Assembly: GCF_035594765.1 (NCBI RefSeq)
Contig: NW_026943824.1
Coordinates: 13,587,451 to 13,651,450, forward strand
Source of the DNA: Anolis carolinensis
Lineage: Eukaryota
Direction of reading: 5' to 3'
DNA length: 64,000 nt
Part shown: positions 42,489 through 54,586 of the stretch, piece after piece
Layout of the letters: each line of letters begins with the position of its first letter
How positions within the stretch are numbered: the stretch's first letter is position 1
Notes under the pieces: generated by a model
What the model was told of the DNA's origin: nothing
The model's database searches: none
Seen by the model: the letters and a program-made list of their open reading frames with translations, nothing else
Program-made: the position numbers and the translations under genes

Positions 42489-45332
42489 CTTTCTGCCGTT
42501 CAAGAAGAACCTCTGAGTTGTGTCTCTCTCTGCCTTTACCCAGGGGGTTGCCTGCTTGCCTTGAAGGAAGCCGAGGAGGCCGTGGTCTCGGAGGAGGGCC
42601 AGTCCACAGAGCGCTTGGCCGCCACCGTCATTTCGGAAGACCCTCCCACCGTCTTGGTAGAGTTCTCTTCGGTGGTGGCTGACACCCAAGAGTACATCAT
42701 CGAGGTAGTGTAACAGAGCAGGGCAGGAGACAGGTGGAATGCTAGTGTTCCATACATTGCAAATATATTTGTGTGAAGGGTGTTTCTACTTCTTGGGTTG
42801 AGTGACGCACCAGAAACCACTCCTGTTGCCTTCATTTCAATGGAGAGAGTGGCAGGAATTAAGTAGTCGCACAGGGTTGTTCTTCTACAGCTTCTGTTGG
42901 CCAAGGTGTTTGCTTCCCATCTAACATGTTTCCCTTGGGGGAATGGGTGTTCTTTCTCTCTTATAGACTGCCACCGAGGACATGGAGACCAGCGAAGCAA
43001 CTGAAATCATAGAAGGAACAAGGCACGAGGTAGGTTGCCGCACTGCAAATGTTCCTGACACTCCAGTAGCTGCCACTGTTTTTTTCCTTTGAGATGGGAG
43101 TATTTCTTGACCTTCTGACTGAATAAAAGCTGTTGGGATTTTGCAGAGCAGGCTGAGACCCATAGGAACTTGTGCTTAAGATGTGCTCCAAAAAAAAAAA
43201 AAAACCTTGCACTGGATCCCACTCTTCCTTCCAGGTGGAATAATAGAGTCTTTTACCATTGGACCTTTGGGAGAGGAGGAGGACGTTGCCAGTGGAAATT
43301 TGGAAGGATATTTAGTTTTAAATATACAGTACAGTCTCACTTATCCAACATAAACGGGCCGGCGGAATGTTGGATAAGCAAATATGTTGGATAATAAGGA
43401 GGGATTAAGGAAAAGCCTATTAAACATCAAATTAGGTTATGATTTTACAAATTAAGCACCAAAACATCATGTTATACAACAAATTTGACAGAAAAAGTAG
43501 TTCAATTCGCAGTAATGTTATGTTGTAATTACTGTATTTATGAATTTAGCACCAAAATATCACGATATATTGAAAACATTGACTACAAAAATGTGTTGGA
43601 TAATCCAGAACGTTGGATAAGCGAGTGTTGGATAAGTGAGACTCTACTGTAATTTTAATTGCATGAGTATTTTTATTGTATCTTAACGGTATTTTAGCTT
43701 ACATCCACGATACATGTATTTAATTGTTAGAAATTTTTATTTGCTCTGTTTTCAAAAATTGAGTTATTTCATGTTATTGTAAAGCTCCTTGAGTCACCAT
43801 GGGGAGAAAGGCAGGGTAGAAATAAGATTAATAATAATGGTAATAGTAATAATTATAGTGTTGGAAGAGAACACAAGGGCCGTCCTTGATGCCAGTTTCA
43901 GCTTTGGCAAACCTTTGATGTAAAAACAATAAGAATTATAAGAGACTAGGTTGGATAACTCGCGTTATCTGGGTTATTTGAAAAAGTCATTTTTTATTTT
44001 ATAAAATGCGTAAGGTTGTGGGTGAACTACAACTCAAGTCATGGCAGGTTAACCCCCTGAAACCCCATCCGTGGTTAAAGTTTGTCATGTTGGGCATTGG
44101 TAGGGTCTCATCAACAGAGAAAGTAAGGAACACTGGGATATCTGTGGTGGAGGAAAAACAGAAAATCTAGGATAAAATTGTCCCTGTATGAAAGCCTTCA
44201 CTTGGGTGGTGGGCAGAGTGGTGTTTGTGGAGGACATTGGCAGGGCTCTTGGACATGTTCATGGTGCTCACTATAACCTGTAATGTCATTGGAGGGAGGG
44301 CCATTGGTATCTCCTGAGTAGTGGGAACTAGGGCTGTTTGTGAAGGCAGGTGCGTGTCTGCCACATATACACATGCATATTTTCACTTTTTATTATGTGT
44401 ATAGATGTTTTAAAAAATTATTGGGTTATGTTATTGTAAAGTGCCTCAAGTCTTCATGGGGAGAAAGGACAGGTAGAAATAAGATTATTAATAATAGTAG
44501 TAGTAATCATAATAATAATGGAAAAGACCACAGGGGGCCATCCCGGATGCCAATTCCGGCTTTGGCAAACCCTTGATGTGGTAATAAGGCCCGGGCTGTG
44601 GCGCAGGCAGGAGAGCAAGCCAGCAGCAACCAGCTGCAATGAATCACTCTAACCAGGAGGTCATGAGTTCGAGGCCTGCTCGGAGCCTATGTTTGTCTTG
44701 TCTTTGTTCTATGTTAAAAGGCATTGAATGTTTGCCTATATGTGTAATGTCCCCTGAGTCCCCTTCGGGGTGAGAAGGGCGGAATATAAATGCTGTAAAT
44801 AAATAAATAATAAGAACAACAAGAATTGAAAGAGACTTGGAAGAGATCACAAGGGCCACCCTTGGTGCTAATTCTAGCTTCAGCAAACCCTTGATGTCCT
44901 AATAGGAATAGTAGTAATTTTGTAAGAGACCATAAGGGCCACCCACGGTGCCCACTCTAAATCCAGCAACCCCTTGATGACTTTCCTTCCTGCCTCTCTC
45001 TTCCCCTGTAGGTGGACAGCCACATCATGAAGGTGGTCCAGCAGATCGTGAACCAGGCCAGTGCCGGCCACCAGATCATCGTCCAGAATGTGACAGTGGC
45101 GGAGAGCCCCACGGTGGGAACTTCGGAGGCCGAGCCCCTTGCCGTTGCCAGCCCCGAAAGCCTGACGGAGCAGGTGGCTCTGACGCTGGCCTCCGCCATC
45201 CGCAAAGGGGAGGCCGAGGAGGGGACTGCGGTGACCATGGTGGCCTCTGAGGACATCGAGATCATGGAGCCGGCCGGGGAGTATGTCATCGCTGCCCAGG
45301 AGGAGCTAGAGGTCCAGACGGTCATCGTCTAG
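32051..45332 (+). CDS. E4F1: E4F transcription factor 1 (C2H2 zinc finger), about 766 aa
   Basis: 14 exons: 32051-32180, 35144-~35274 (donor uncertain), 35570-35666, 36254-36477, 37511-37631, 37766-37918, 38351-38505, 39466-39687, 39808-39913, 40114-40331, 41870-42068, 42544-42704, 42967-43029, 45012-45332. Peptides EEPITVAHIVVE, KLLVNKEGRYVC, NAQQVHFRTHLEEKP and the ending LEVQTVIV* match E4F1. Confidence 0.97.
32497..33124 (+). mobile_element. Penelope-like element 3' fragment with inverted pseudo-LTR
   Basis: GIY-YIG C-terminal remnant (VREAIEIHK..NFNRKE / MKMNKIWLPVL), inverted terminal repeats, and a 13-bp duplication ACTTCCCAAGTGT at 32484-32496 and 33125-33137. Confidence 0.85.
33004..33044 (+). 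ncRNA. Minimal type I hammerhead ribozyme motif
   Basis: CUGAGGA 33007-33013; stem II GCCUGC/GUGGGC; GAAA 33034-33037; GUC cleavage triplet 33039-33041; stem I CCU/AGG. Confidence 0.8.
34420..34851 (-). mobile_element. Non-autonomous Helitron, 5' portion
   Basis: Same internal sequence as 54587-55249; minus-strand TC start at 34851. Confidence 0.65.
38666..39405 (-). mobile_element. DIRS1-like tyrosine-recombinase retrotransposon 3' end (YR C-terminus + ICR + terminal repeat) in E4F1 intron 7
   Basis: ORF 39019-39402 has YR motifs GHSTR, AAAW and FIRHY. A 43-bp direct repeat lies at 38670-38712 and 38943-38985, with an inverted copy at 38884-38908 and a TATA-like box at about 38793. Confidence 0.88.
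40542..41553. mobile_element. hAT (hAT1-like) non-autonomous element with a nested Helitron
   Basis: TIR CA(A/G)TGATG..CAACCT; 8-bp TSD ACTTAGGG at 40534-40541 and 41554-41561. A Helitron runs from 40910 into the gap at 41242. Confidence 0.82.
43946..44405 (-). mobile_element. Non-autonomous Helitron
   Basis: Minus-strand A|TCTATACACAT...GATAAC-GCGA-GTTATC hairpin...CTAG|T. Confidence 0.82.
44590..44812 (+). mobile_element. tRNA-derived SINE with L2-like tail (AnolisSINE2-like)
   Basis: A box TGTGGCGCAGGC, B box GAGTTCGAGGCC, and tail CCCTGAGTCCCCTTCGGGGTGAGAAGGGCGG..(AAAT)n. Other copies at about 35785-36000 (-) and 54810-54950 (+). Confidence 0.75.
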
Positions 45333-45850
45333 GGCTGCCCCTGGTCCCGACATTGAGTGGGTGGGAGAGAGCCACATACAGAGGCTCCCAAACACATGGG
45401 CTCCCCTATGTGTGTGGAAAAGGCAAGTGAGGGCCAATCCAAAGACTCCTGTGATGTTGTTGGGCTGCAACTCCCTGCATCACTCTTCCTGGCCTTTGTT
45501 GCCTGGGAGATGCAGTCCATCCATCCATGCATTGAGGGCCAAGCAATTCCTCCTAGTACTTCCAGCTCAGCGATGGAGCCAAGCACTTTATCTCAGCTTA
45601 AAAGAGGAAGGACAGAGCTTGCAGGGAACTTTTGCAGCTGCTCCTTTCTGGAATGTAAACTTGCTTGAACATGAACCTTTAAAGGAAGGTTTGAAAACGC
45701 TTTACTCTACATAGTATTACAGATTATTATTTTAAGAAATGCTCTGGGAATTTACCAAAAAAAGGTCACTGTATGTTTTTTGTAACAATGTACAGCTCGA
45801 GATTATAAATAATTTTTAAATGCATAAATTTTATATATACTGTCTGACGT

Positions 45851-45856
45851 AATAAA
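45851..45856 (+). terminator. Probable E4F1 polyadenylation signal AATAAA
   Basis: AATAAA about 520 nt after the stop codon, in an AU-rich UTR and followed by GT/T-rich sequence. Confidence 0.7.
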
Positions 45857-46015
45857 AAATACCTCTTCCAACTTGAAGAACGTCATTGTTTCTCTAAAAG
45901 GGACTTTTGTGTTCTGTGCAAAGGAAATGGCATAATGAAAAGTCTTTACATTGGGTTTCTAGCTCTTGTGTCAAGCATGGCTCAAAGCAGGAGCAGACCA
46001 CATCCTAAACACGGT

Positions 46016-46021
46016 TTTATT
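46016..46021 (-). terminator. Probable ZDHHC4 polyadenylation signal AATAAA
   Basis: TTTATT on the + strand, about 230 nt beyond the ZDHHC4 stop codon. Confidence 0.6.
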
Positions 46022-46247
46022 CCCAATTTCTCCCTTCTGCTGCCTTAAAGTCTCTTGGCATAGGTGCCCTTATCTCCACAGCAGCAGAAGAGACCAACTT
46101 CAATATCAGTTCCAAAATAAAAAGTAGGCCAAATCAAATGTCAAATATCATTTGACATTTGAAGCACTCACAATTCAGCCTCATTGCACTCCGGTTGAGC
46201 CGTTTTCAGAAGGATCTGTGCAGAATCTGTTGAATGTCCAGGACTCC

Positions 46248-49200
46248 TCACTTTCTCTTTCTTGTAGGGCTGGTCAGAGGCCTGATGATTTCAGCCATAT
46301 TGCTCCAGACCCCTCTGGAGTAAATGTTACTGTAACTTCTGTGCTTGAATCTTGAGGATTTAAACCACTCGTTGCTTGTCTGGTTGGTCATAACCAGGTA
46401 CAGAATAAAGCAGAAGTAGGAAGCAAGGATAATCAAGAGGAAGACCACAGAGCCGAGCATGAACACAATCCTCGGGAAGGTCAGGAAAAGGTGCTGCAAT
46501 GAGAAGGGAAAACATATAGCTGGAGCCAAGACACACTGACTAAACCAAGCATGGCCAACCTTTGGCCCTCCGGGTGCTTTGGACTTCGACTCCCACCATT
46601 CCTAACAGCCTCGGGCATTGACTACAAAAACACCGACTACTAAAAGGCAGACTATCCAGTATGCTGGATGTTGACTATCCAGTATGCTGGATAAGCAAAA
46701 GTTGGATAAGTGAGAGACTACTGTACCAGGAAAAAACAGGGCTAACCTTTGAGAGTCCAAAATGTGTTTTTGGCCAGTGTTATTTTAATAAAAAGATCTG
46801 TAATTTGTCAGGGAAACAAATCTATATATATAAAATGATAAAGTTGTTTGCGCAGTGACTATAACAACAAAACTAAACATCCCAGAAATACGAAATTTGG
46901 CAACACAATGCAAAAGGCTTGCCTCCAGGTTACAACAACACAACCACACCACAAAACCACAATCCAGACCCACAAAACTCACAACAACGCATCATGCGAT
47001 AACAACACAACTAAACGCTCCAGAAATACAAAACTTGGCAACACAATGCAAAAGCCTTGCCTCCCAGTTGTAACAACACAACCACACCACAAAACCACAC
47101 AGGACCCACAAAACTCACAACAACGCATCATGACTATAACAACACAACTAAACGCCCCAGAAATACAAAACTTGGCAACACAACGCAAAAGCCTTCCCTC
47201 CAGGTTGTACCAACACAACCACACCACAAAACCACAATCCGGACCCATAAAACTCACAACAACGCATCGTGACTATAACAACACAACTAAACGCCCCAGA
47301 AATACGAAACTTGGCACACAACTAAACGCCCCAGAAATATAAAACTTGACAACACAATGCAAAAGCCTTGCCTCCCGGTTGTAACAACACAACCACACCA
47401 CAAAACCACAATCCGGACCCACAAAACTCACAACAATGCATTGTGACTATAACAACACAACTAAATGCCCCAGAAATACGAAACTTGGCACACAACTAAA
47501 CGCCCCAGAAATACAAAATTTGACAACACAACGCAAAAGCCTTGCCTCCCAGTTGTACGAACACAACCAGAACACAAAACCACAATCCGGACCCACAAAA
47601 CTCACAACAACGCATCATGACTATAACAACACAACTAAACGCCCCAGAAATACAAAACTTGGCAAAACAATGCAAAAGCCTTGCCTCCCAGTTGTAACAA
47701 CACAACCACACCGGACCCACAAAACTCACAACAGTGCATCATGACTATAACAACACAACTAAACGCCCCAGAAATACAAAACTTGGCACCTAAATAAATG
47801 CCCCAGAAATACAAAACTTGGCAACACAACACAAAAGCCTTGCCTCTCAGTTGTAACAACACAAACACACCACAAAACCACAATCAGGACCCACAAAACT
47901 CACAACAACGCATTGTGACTATAACAAATACAAAATTTGACAACACAACTCATCCACCTCCCCAATCCCTACATTCACACTTGGCCTCCAAAAAAACAAT
48001 TACAATAATAACAATGACAACAACAACAACAATAAGAATCAACACCATCACAGGCAAGAAACAGCCAGGCACTGAGGCTGAGAGGCCAGTCAGTGCTACA
48101 CTGGGCCTCCAAAAAACAATACAGTAGCATCTAACTTATCCAACCTTTATGACCACTACAACAACAATAATAATAAACACCTACACAGGCAAAAAAAAAA
48201 AAGACTATTGTACCACAATAAAAATATAAACCGCACTCAGCAGAATCAGACATTACAACCAACAACAAACCAAAGACAACAGGGATCTCAAGCAATTATC
48301 AATCAACACAAAAATTGAAGAAGGTAACAGACTTCAAATACTACTACTAATGTGAGTATAAAGAAGGTGGAGGTCACAGCATAAATACAACCTAATGTAG
48401 ACTGACCAACACCACCAGACTCAGCCACAGCAAGGCGTGGCCGGGCACAGCTAGTTTTCTTTTAGAGGAGACAGGAAGCTAGGAAGGATAAAACGACTTA
48501 CTCCGAATGGTAGGCGCACTGCAAACCACAGCCATTTTATGTCAATATAATTAAGTAGCAGTCCCTGCTTTCCAAATTATAAACGTTAAAGCATTATTTA
48601 ATTCCAAGTATCCTAGCATTTCATGCAGACCTCAGATTTGACAAAAGAAAATTCTAGTATAATAATAATACTACCACCACTTGGGAAGTGTTTGACTTGT
48701 GATTTTTTGATACGAAATCCAGCATATAGATTTCGTTTGCTGTGTCATACTATGTCTTTGTGTTACTAATAATAATAAAAAAAAACTTTATATATCACCC
48801 TATCTCCCCAGGGGACTCAGGGCGGTTTCCAACATGATTAAAAACAATACAATACAATACACATAATAAAAACAGAACCATACAACAATTTAAAAATAAT
48901 ACAAGTAATAAACATAAATACACAACATACAATCCAACAACGAAAAATAAAACTAGTAACAATACTCCATTTATGGGCCGGTTATAGTGACCCAAAGTTC
49001 AACACTGGAATGGTCTAGGATGATACGATAGCGTTCAGTATTTCCCATTTGCTAACAAGCAAAGCATTTGGTAACAATGGTGGATCCACCTTTACCTGAA
49101 TTAGGAAAAAGACATCAACCGGGTGCTCTTCTCCGTGGACGTCGGCATAATGTCCCTGCATCAGGTTTGACAAAAGGGCCACCTGGACGAGGAAAGCGGC

Positions 49201-51407
49201 TGTCAAGCCGGCGATGGAGGCAGCCATGGAGATCAAGGTGAGCAAGTAGGCCAGGAAGTACTTGATGTTGAAGGCACCAATGCAGTTGTTGACCCAGATG
49301 CAGTGATGGTCAAAGCGATGCATGCAGCGGTTGCACACTCCTGAGCAAAACCAGAATAAGAGGGTGACGGTTCCAAGAAACAAGACTTGCCACCAAAGAA
49401 CAGGTAACCACAGCAGTACATCCATTCTGGGAGGGCTATACTGCTCACCTTTCTATAATAATATTGTAACAAAGTGTGATTTTTTTTATTTACAGATGCC
49501 ATGTTTAACTGTGTTTTAAAAAGGGTTAATATTTCAGTTAGCACTCAAGAGTTGGTTGCCATGGAGAAGGGGGCGAAGCCAACTGGGTTAGCTGAAGAGA
49601 GAGCAGAATTTGGAGGAAAACTCAGTCAGTCAGTGTCTGTGGTCAGCGAACCACAGGGAAGTCTGATTCGCAGTTGGAGGATCAGGGTGGCTCAAATGTG
49701 GGATTTTGAGTCAATTCTAAAATAAGTTTGGTGACTTATTTTAGATAGTCTGTGTCCTGATAAGGTACAGGGAAGTCTGATTCTCAGTTGAGGGGATCAG
49801 GGAGGCTCAAGAGCTTATTTGAGTCAGTTTAAAATAAGCTTGGTGGCTTATTTTAAGGTAGTCTGTTAGTGGAGAAAGAACTGACGTTTTAAGAAGTTTG
49901 GAACACCTCAATATAGTTTTGTAACTGTTCAGTAACGTGCCTCAAACAAGAAGAAAAGTTATTGTAACCATTAAGCTGTGCCTAAATAAACTTGTTATTG
50001 TTCTCTCAAACATCTCAGTCTGTCATATATACACACATTAAGAATAAACAAGAAGAAGAAAGAAAAACAAAATTTAAAAAGTCTCCTCTCTAAGTAGCAG
50101 TGGCTAAATCTTCCAATAGTGGTGGCAAGAGTTGATAATCCCCTTAACATTTGGTGGCAGCATTATAAACCCTTTGTAATTTGGTGGCAGCGTAAATAAA
50201 CATCTTTAATAACTGGTGGCAGCGGATATAGTTATATATATAATATAAATATAATTAATTAATAGGAACTCCTCCACGTCTCCGCAATCAGTGTCAGAGG
50301 TGGGATTTTTGGAAGGATTTCTCCCCCTTTCTGACATCGCCACAAATATAAAAAATGAGAAAGAAGAAGGAGAGGAGGAAGTAGTAGCAGTAGCAGCAGC
50401 AGTAGTATTATTTCTTGCCTGCCTCTTCCCAAGGCTCAGGGTGGATACAACATAGAATTGCAACAGATAACTAAAAACGTAAAACTACCCCAAAGCCAAT
50501 CATCCTACCGCAATGCTTCGACCGGGCGGGTTTCTTCACTTTACAGGTAATGCACTCGGCACCTGTCTCGAACATCACACCATCATAGGGATAGGAATGG
50601 AGGAACAGGGCCTGGTTGGATTTGGTGATGGCACCTGAGGAGAGAAAGCGGGGAGAGTGGAATCGCCCCAGCCCATTCGAGTGCGATATGGAACCATTCA
50701 GACACAGATTTATTATTACCACACCTTTTGTGTGCAGAGGATTTACCTGGCACTATCAGCCTCAGGCCAAAGAGCCCTTACCTGGGTCACTTCTGGAGCA
50801 GAGGATGAAGAAGACCATGTTCACGATCAGCAAAAGGTAAGGCAGGAGGAGGGAAGGAGTGCCAAACTCCAGTTTCTTGCAATAGCCGAAGACTTCCCAG
50901 GTGAATTCGGCAAACACCAAAGCCTCCAGGACCAGGTGCAGGGCCATAAATAGCCTGTTTTTGGAAGAAGAAAAAGGACACACAGCAAAAAAAAGAGGTC
51001 GGTGATGTTTTCAGATGGAAATGCTACACTCTTTTCAAGGATAAACTATCCTTGAGAAGGAGCAACAATAGCCCAATTTAACATTTTTGAGTAGGGAAAT
51101 CCTAAGGCTAATTGCTTCAAACCAGTGGTTCTCAACCTGTGGTTCAACTGGTTTAACTGCTTTAAACCCATTTTGCAAAGTGGTGGCTATTCAAGAGCCC
51201 ATGAGGGCCAACAACCAGCCAAAGGGAGGAAAGAAGGAAGGAAGGATGGAAGGCAGGAGCAAATGGAGGAGCAGAACGAGCAGAACATACCTGGAATGGA
51301 AGAGTCCATTAAATACCCTCTGAACAGCTCCTTGAACCTGGACTGGGATTATATGTGAAATGGCCTGCATTAAAAAAGATGATGATAGTGATGATGATGA
51401 TGTTGAA

Positions 51408-51443
<36 letters not shown>

Positions 51444-52125
51444 AATAGCCAAGATCAAAAAATCAGCTAATGACCCAAAATGCAGACTGTGCAAGGAAAC
51501 CGACGAAACCATTGATCATCTCCTCAGCTGTTGTAAGAAAATTGCACAGACAGACTACAAACAGAGGCACAACTATGTGGCCCAAATGATTCATTGGAAC
51601 TTATGCCTCAAGTACCACCTCCCAGCAGCAAAGAACTGGTGGGATCACAAACCTGCAAAAGTATTGGAAAATGAGCACGCAAAGATACTGTGGGACTTCC
51701 GAATCCAGACTGACAAAGTTCTGGAACACAACACACCAGACATCACAGTTGTGGAAAAGAAAAAGGTTTGGATCATTGATGTCGCCATCCCAGGTGACAG
51801 TCGCATTGACGAAAAACAACAGGAAAAACTCAGCCGCTATCAGGACCTCAAGATTGAACTTCAAAGACTCTGGCAGAAACCAGTCCAGGTGGTCCCGGTG
51901 GTGATGGGCACATTGGGTGCCGTGCCAAAAGATCTCAGCTGGCATTTGGAAACAATAGACAATTGACAAAATTACGATCTGCCAACTGCAAAAGGCCACC
52001 CTGCTGGGATCTGCACGCATCATCCGAAAATACATCACACAGTCCTAGACACTTGGGAAGTGTTCGACTTGTGATTTTGTGATATGAAATCCAGCATATC
52101 TATCTTGTTTGCTGTGTCATAATAA

Positions 52126-52174
<49 letters not shown>

Positions 52175-52564
52175 TTAGTTCAGAATCCTTCTTCTGGATC
52201 AGGGTATTTCCTCCCTTCTAGTGTAGAGAAGCCTGCATTTAAAGCCAAAATGACTGAATGAAGAATGCTGTATTTTGAACATCTCTTTAAACAGTGGGAT
52301 CAATTGGGAAAGTCTATGATGTTTGGAAAAGATGAAGGCAGTCAGAAAATTGTACAAAGAGTTATACATTGGAGTTACAAGTTTAGAAGATCCTTGGCGA
52401 AGAGAAGTTACACGTAAAAGAGACCCTGAAGCCTTTCTTACCTGTGTGATTCCCGTGAAATACCTTGAGTGGAAGCTTTGATTACTTGTAGAATAGAGGC
52501 AGAGCAGGACGAGGCACAGTAGGACCAAGGCCAGGTAAAGCAGGAAGAGGACCAGGAAATCCAT
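46248..52564 (-). CDS. ZDHHC4: Palmitoyltransferase ZDHHC4, 328 aa
   Basis: Minus-strand exons 52564-52442, 51364-51291, 50954-50782, 50634-50509, 49340-49096, 46493-46248 total 987 nt in phase. Features: [12 protein letters not shown] start, DHHC cysteine-rich domain [53 protein letters not shown], basic C-terminal tail RKRK*. Confidence 0.95.
46821..48454 (+). mobile_element. Non-autonomous Helitron with an internal tandem array of about 140-bp units
   Basis: A|TCTATATATATAAAA start; GCCAC/GTGGC hairpin and CTAG|T end; about 7 tandem units at 46855-47930. Confidence 0.85.
49465..50310 (+). mobile_element. Gypsy-like LTR followed by reiterated tRNA-Leu PBS-like motifs
   Basis: TGTAAC start, AATAAA at about 49985, TGGTGGCA(G) at 50120, 50152, 50182 and 50214. 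Confidence 0.65.
51447..52172 (+). mobile_element. 5'-truncated R4/Dong retrotransposon flanked by (TAA)n on both sides
   Basis: CCHC + RLE coding remnant (ORF 51355-51966), 3' UTR and (TAA)n tail. Confidence 0.9.
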
Positions 52565-52655
52565 CCTGGAAAAAATGGACAAGGGTTGGTCAGTAAGAAG
52601 CCAGCCTTCCCCTATGCCTTTGGAGTCTGCCTTCCACATCTGCTAGGGTTAAGGG

Positions 52656-52886
52656 CAAGGGTCCCCAAACTTTTTAAACAGGGGCCCAGTTCATGATCCT
52701 TTGGACCGTTGGAGGACCGGACTATAGTTGGCCACCAAGCAATAATAATAATTAACAACAACAACAACAATAATAATAAAAAAGAGGGTTGGAAGAGACC
52801 CTTTGGGCCATTGAGTCCAATGCCCTTCTGCCTTTGTGCACCGAAAGCACAAGCAAAGCACCCCTGACAGATGGCCACCCAGACTC

Positions 52887-52928
<42 letters not shown>

Positions 52929-53036
52929 GAGGGTTGGAAGAGACCCCTTGGGCCATTTAGTCCAACCCCCTTCTGCCTCTGTGCACCAAAAGCACAAGCA
53001 AAGCATCCCTGACAGATGGCCACCCAGCCTCAATGT

Positions 53037-53096
<60 letters not shown>

Positions 53097-53512
53097 AGGG
53101 TTTTGGAACACAATACTCCTGACCTCACAATCGTGTTAAAAAACAAAGTATGGATTACTGATGTTGCAATACCAGGTGACAGCAAGATTGAGGAGAAACA
53201 ACTGGAAAAGCTGACACGATATGAGGATTTAAAGATCGAATTATAAAGACTCTGGCACAAGCCAGTCAAGGTGGTCCCAGTGGTGATCGGCACACTGGGT
53301 GCAGTGCCTCAAGACCTTGGCCTGCACTTAAACACAATCGGCGCTGACAAAGTTACCATCTGCCAGCTGTAGAAGGCCACCTTACTGGGACCTGCACGTA
53401 TTATTCGCCGATACATCACACAGTCCTAGACACTTGGGAAGTGTTCGGAATATGATCCAGTACAACAGCCAGCAGAGTGTCTGCTGTGGACTCATCTTGT
53501 TGTGTTTCAAAC

Positions 53513-53566
<54 letters not shown>

Positions 53567-53694
53567 TGTTGTAAGAGAAGAAGAGACCCCTTGGGTCATT
53601 TAGCCCAACCCCCTTCTGCCCTTGTGCCATGGGGGCCAGATAAATGGCTTCGATGGGCCGCATCCGGCTCTCGGGCCTTAGTTTAGGGCCCCTG
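52656..53694. mobile_element. Second OC1-like hAT element with a different nested R4 fragment
   Basis: Ends match 30730-31767 but the TIRs are degenerate and no TSD is recognisable. An R4 subfamily fragment lies at about 53095-53566 within an internal (AAT)n. Confidence 0.8.
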
Positions 53695-54586
53695 TGAATG
53701 TGGAAGAATGGAACCAAAAGAACCCAAACTCTATTATACTATGTAACAAAATTTGAAATTTTTTCTATTCCTGGTTTGAAAGTGATATTTCCTATTTAAC
53801 TATGCGGTCCTTATTTTGAATGTAGTTGTTCTGCTCTAGAAACTTCCTTTTTGTGGCTGCCACAAGGAGGCTTTTAAGCAGAGGCTGGATGGCCATAAGT
53901 CGGGGGTGCTTTGATAGTGCTTTTCCGCACAGAATTTATTTACCATATTTATACCCCACCCTTCTCACCAACCAAGCGATAACTATAACTCCTACCTTGG
54001 GGCCAACCAAGGTAAGAGTTATAGTTATTATTGGATTGCTGTGAGTCTTTCGGGCTGTATGGCCATGAAGCTTTCAACACCTCATAACGTCTGAGGATGC
54101 CTGCAATAGATGTGGGTGAAATGTCAGGAGAGAATGCTGCAGGAACATGGCCACTCAGCCCGAAAGATTCACAGCAACCCAGTGATTCCAGCCATGAAAG
54201 CCTTGAACAACACATACTGTAGTTATTATTGTTTGGAGTCATCAATGTTGTTGTTGTTGATGTTGTTTATTTATTTATTTCCATCATTTCTATCCCATCC
54301 TTCTCACCCGAAGGGACTCAGGGCGGCTTACAAAACTGGCAGAATTCGATTCCAATTGTTGTTGTTGTTGTTATTTGGGGTCAATCACGACAGGAGGAAG
54401 AGAATAGTTATTTATTTATTTACTTACTACATTTATGTCCCGCTCTTCTCACCCCGAAGGGGACTCAGAGTGGCTTACAAATCAAATGTACATACAATAT
54501 ATTATTAGCATAGCACAATATAAGCATAGTAATTTAATGAAATTAATATATTGTACTATATCATTATATGGTAATATTATTAGTAA

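Noticed and set aside
50120-50225. CRISPR-like repeat-spacer appearance
   Set aside because: Eukaryotic DNA, repeats only 8-12 bp, no cas genes; better explained as PBS motifs.
51123-51145. SPIN-like terminus CAGTGGTTCTCAACCTGTGG
   Set aside because: Only about 20 bp with no partner TIR or TSD; too short to call.
54088-54130. Additional hammerhead motif
   Set aside because: Stem I is disrupted, the ACGU palindrome is lost and it is antisense to ZDHHC4; likely decayed.
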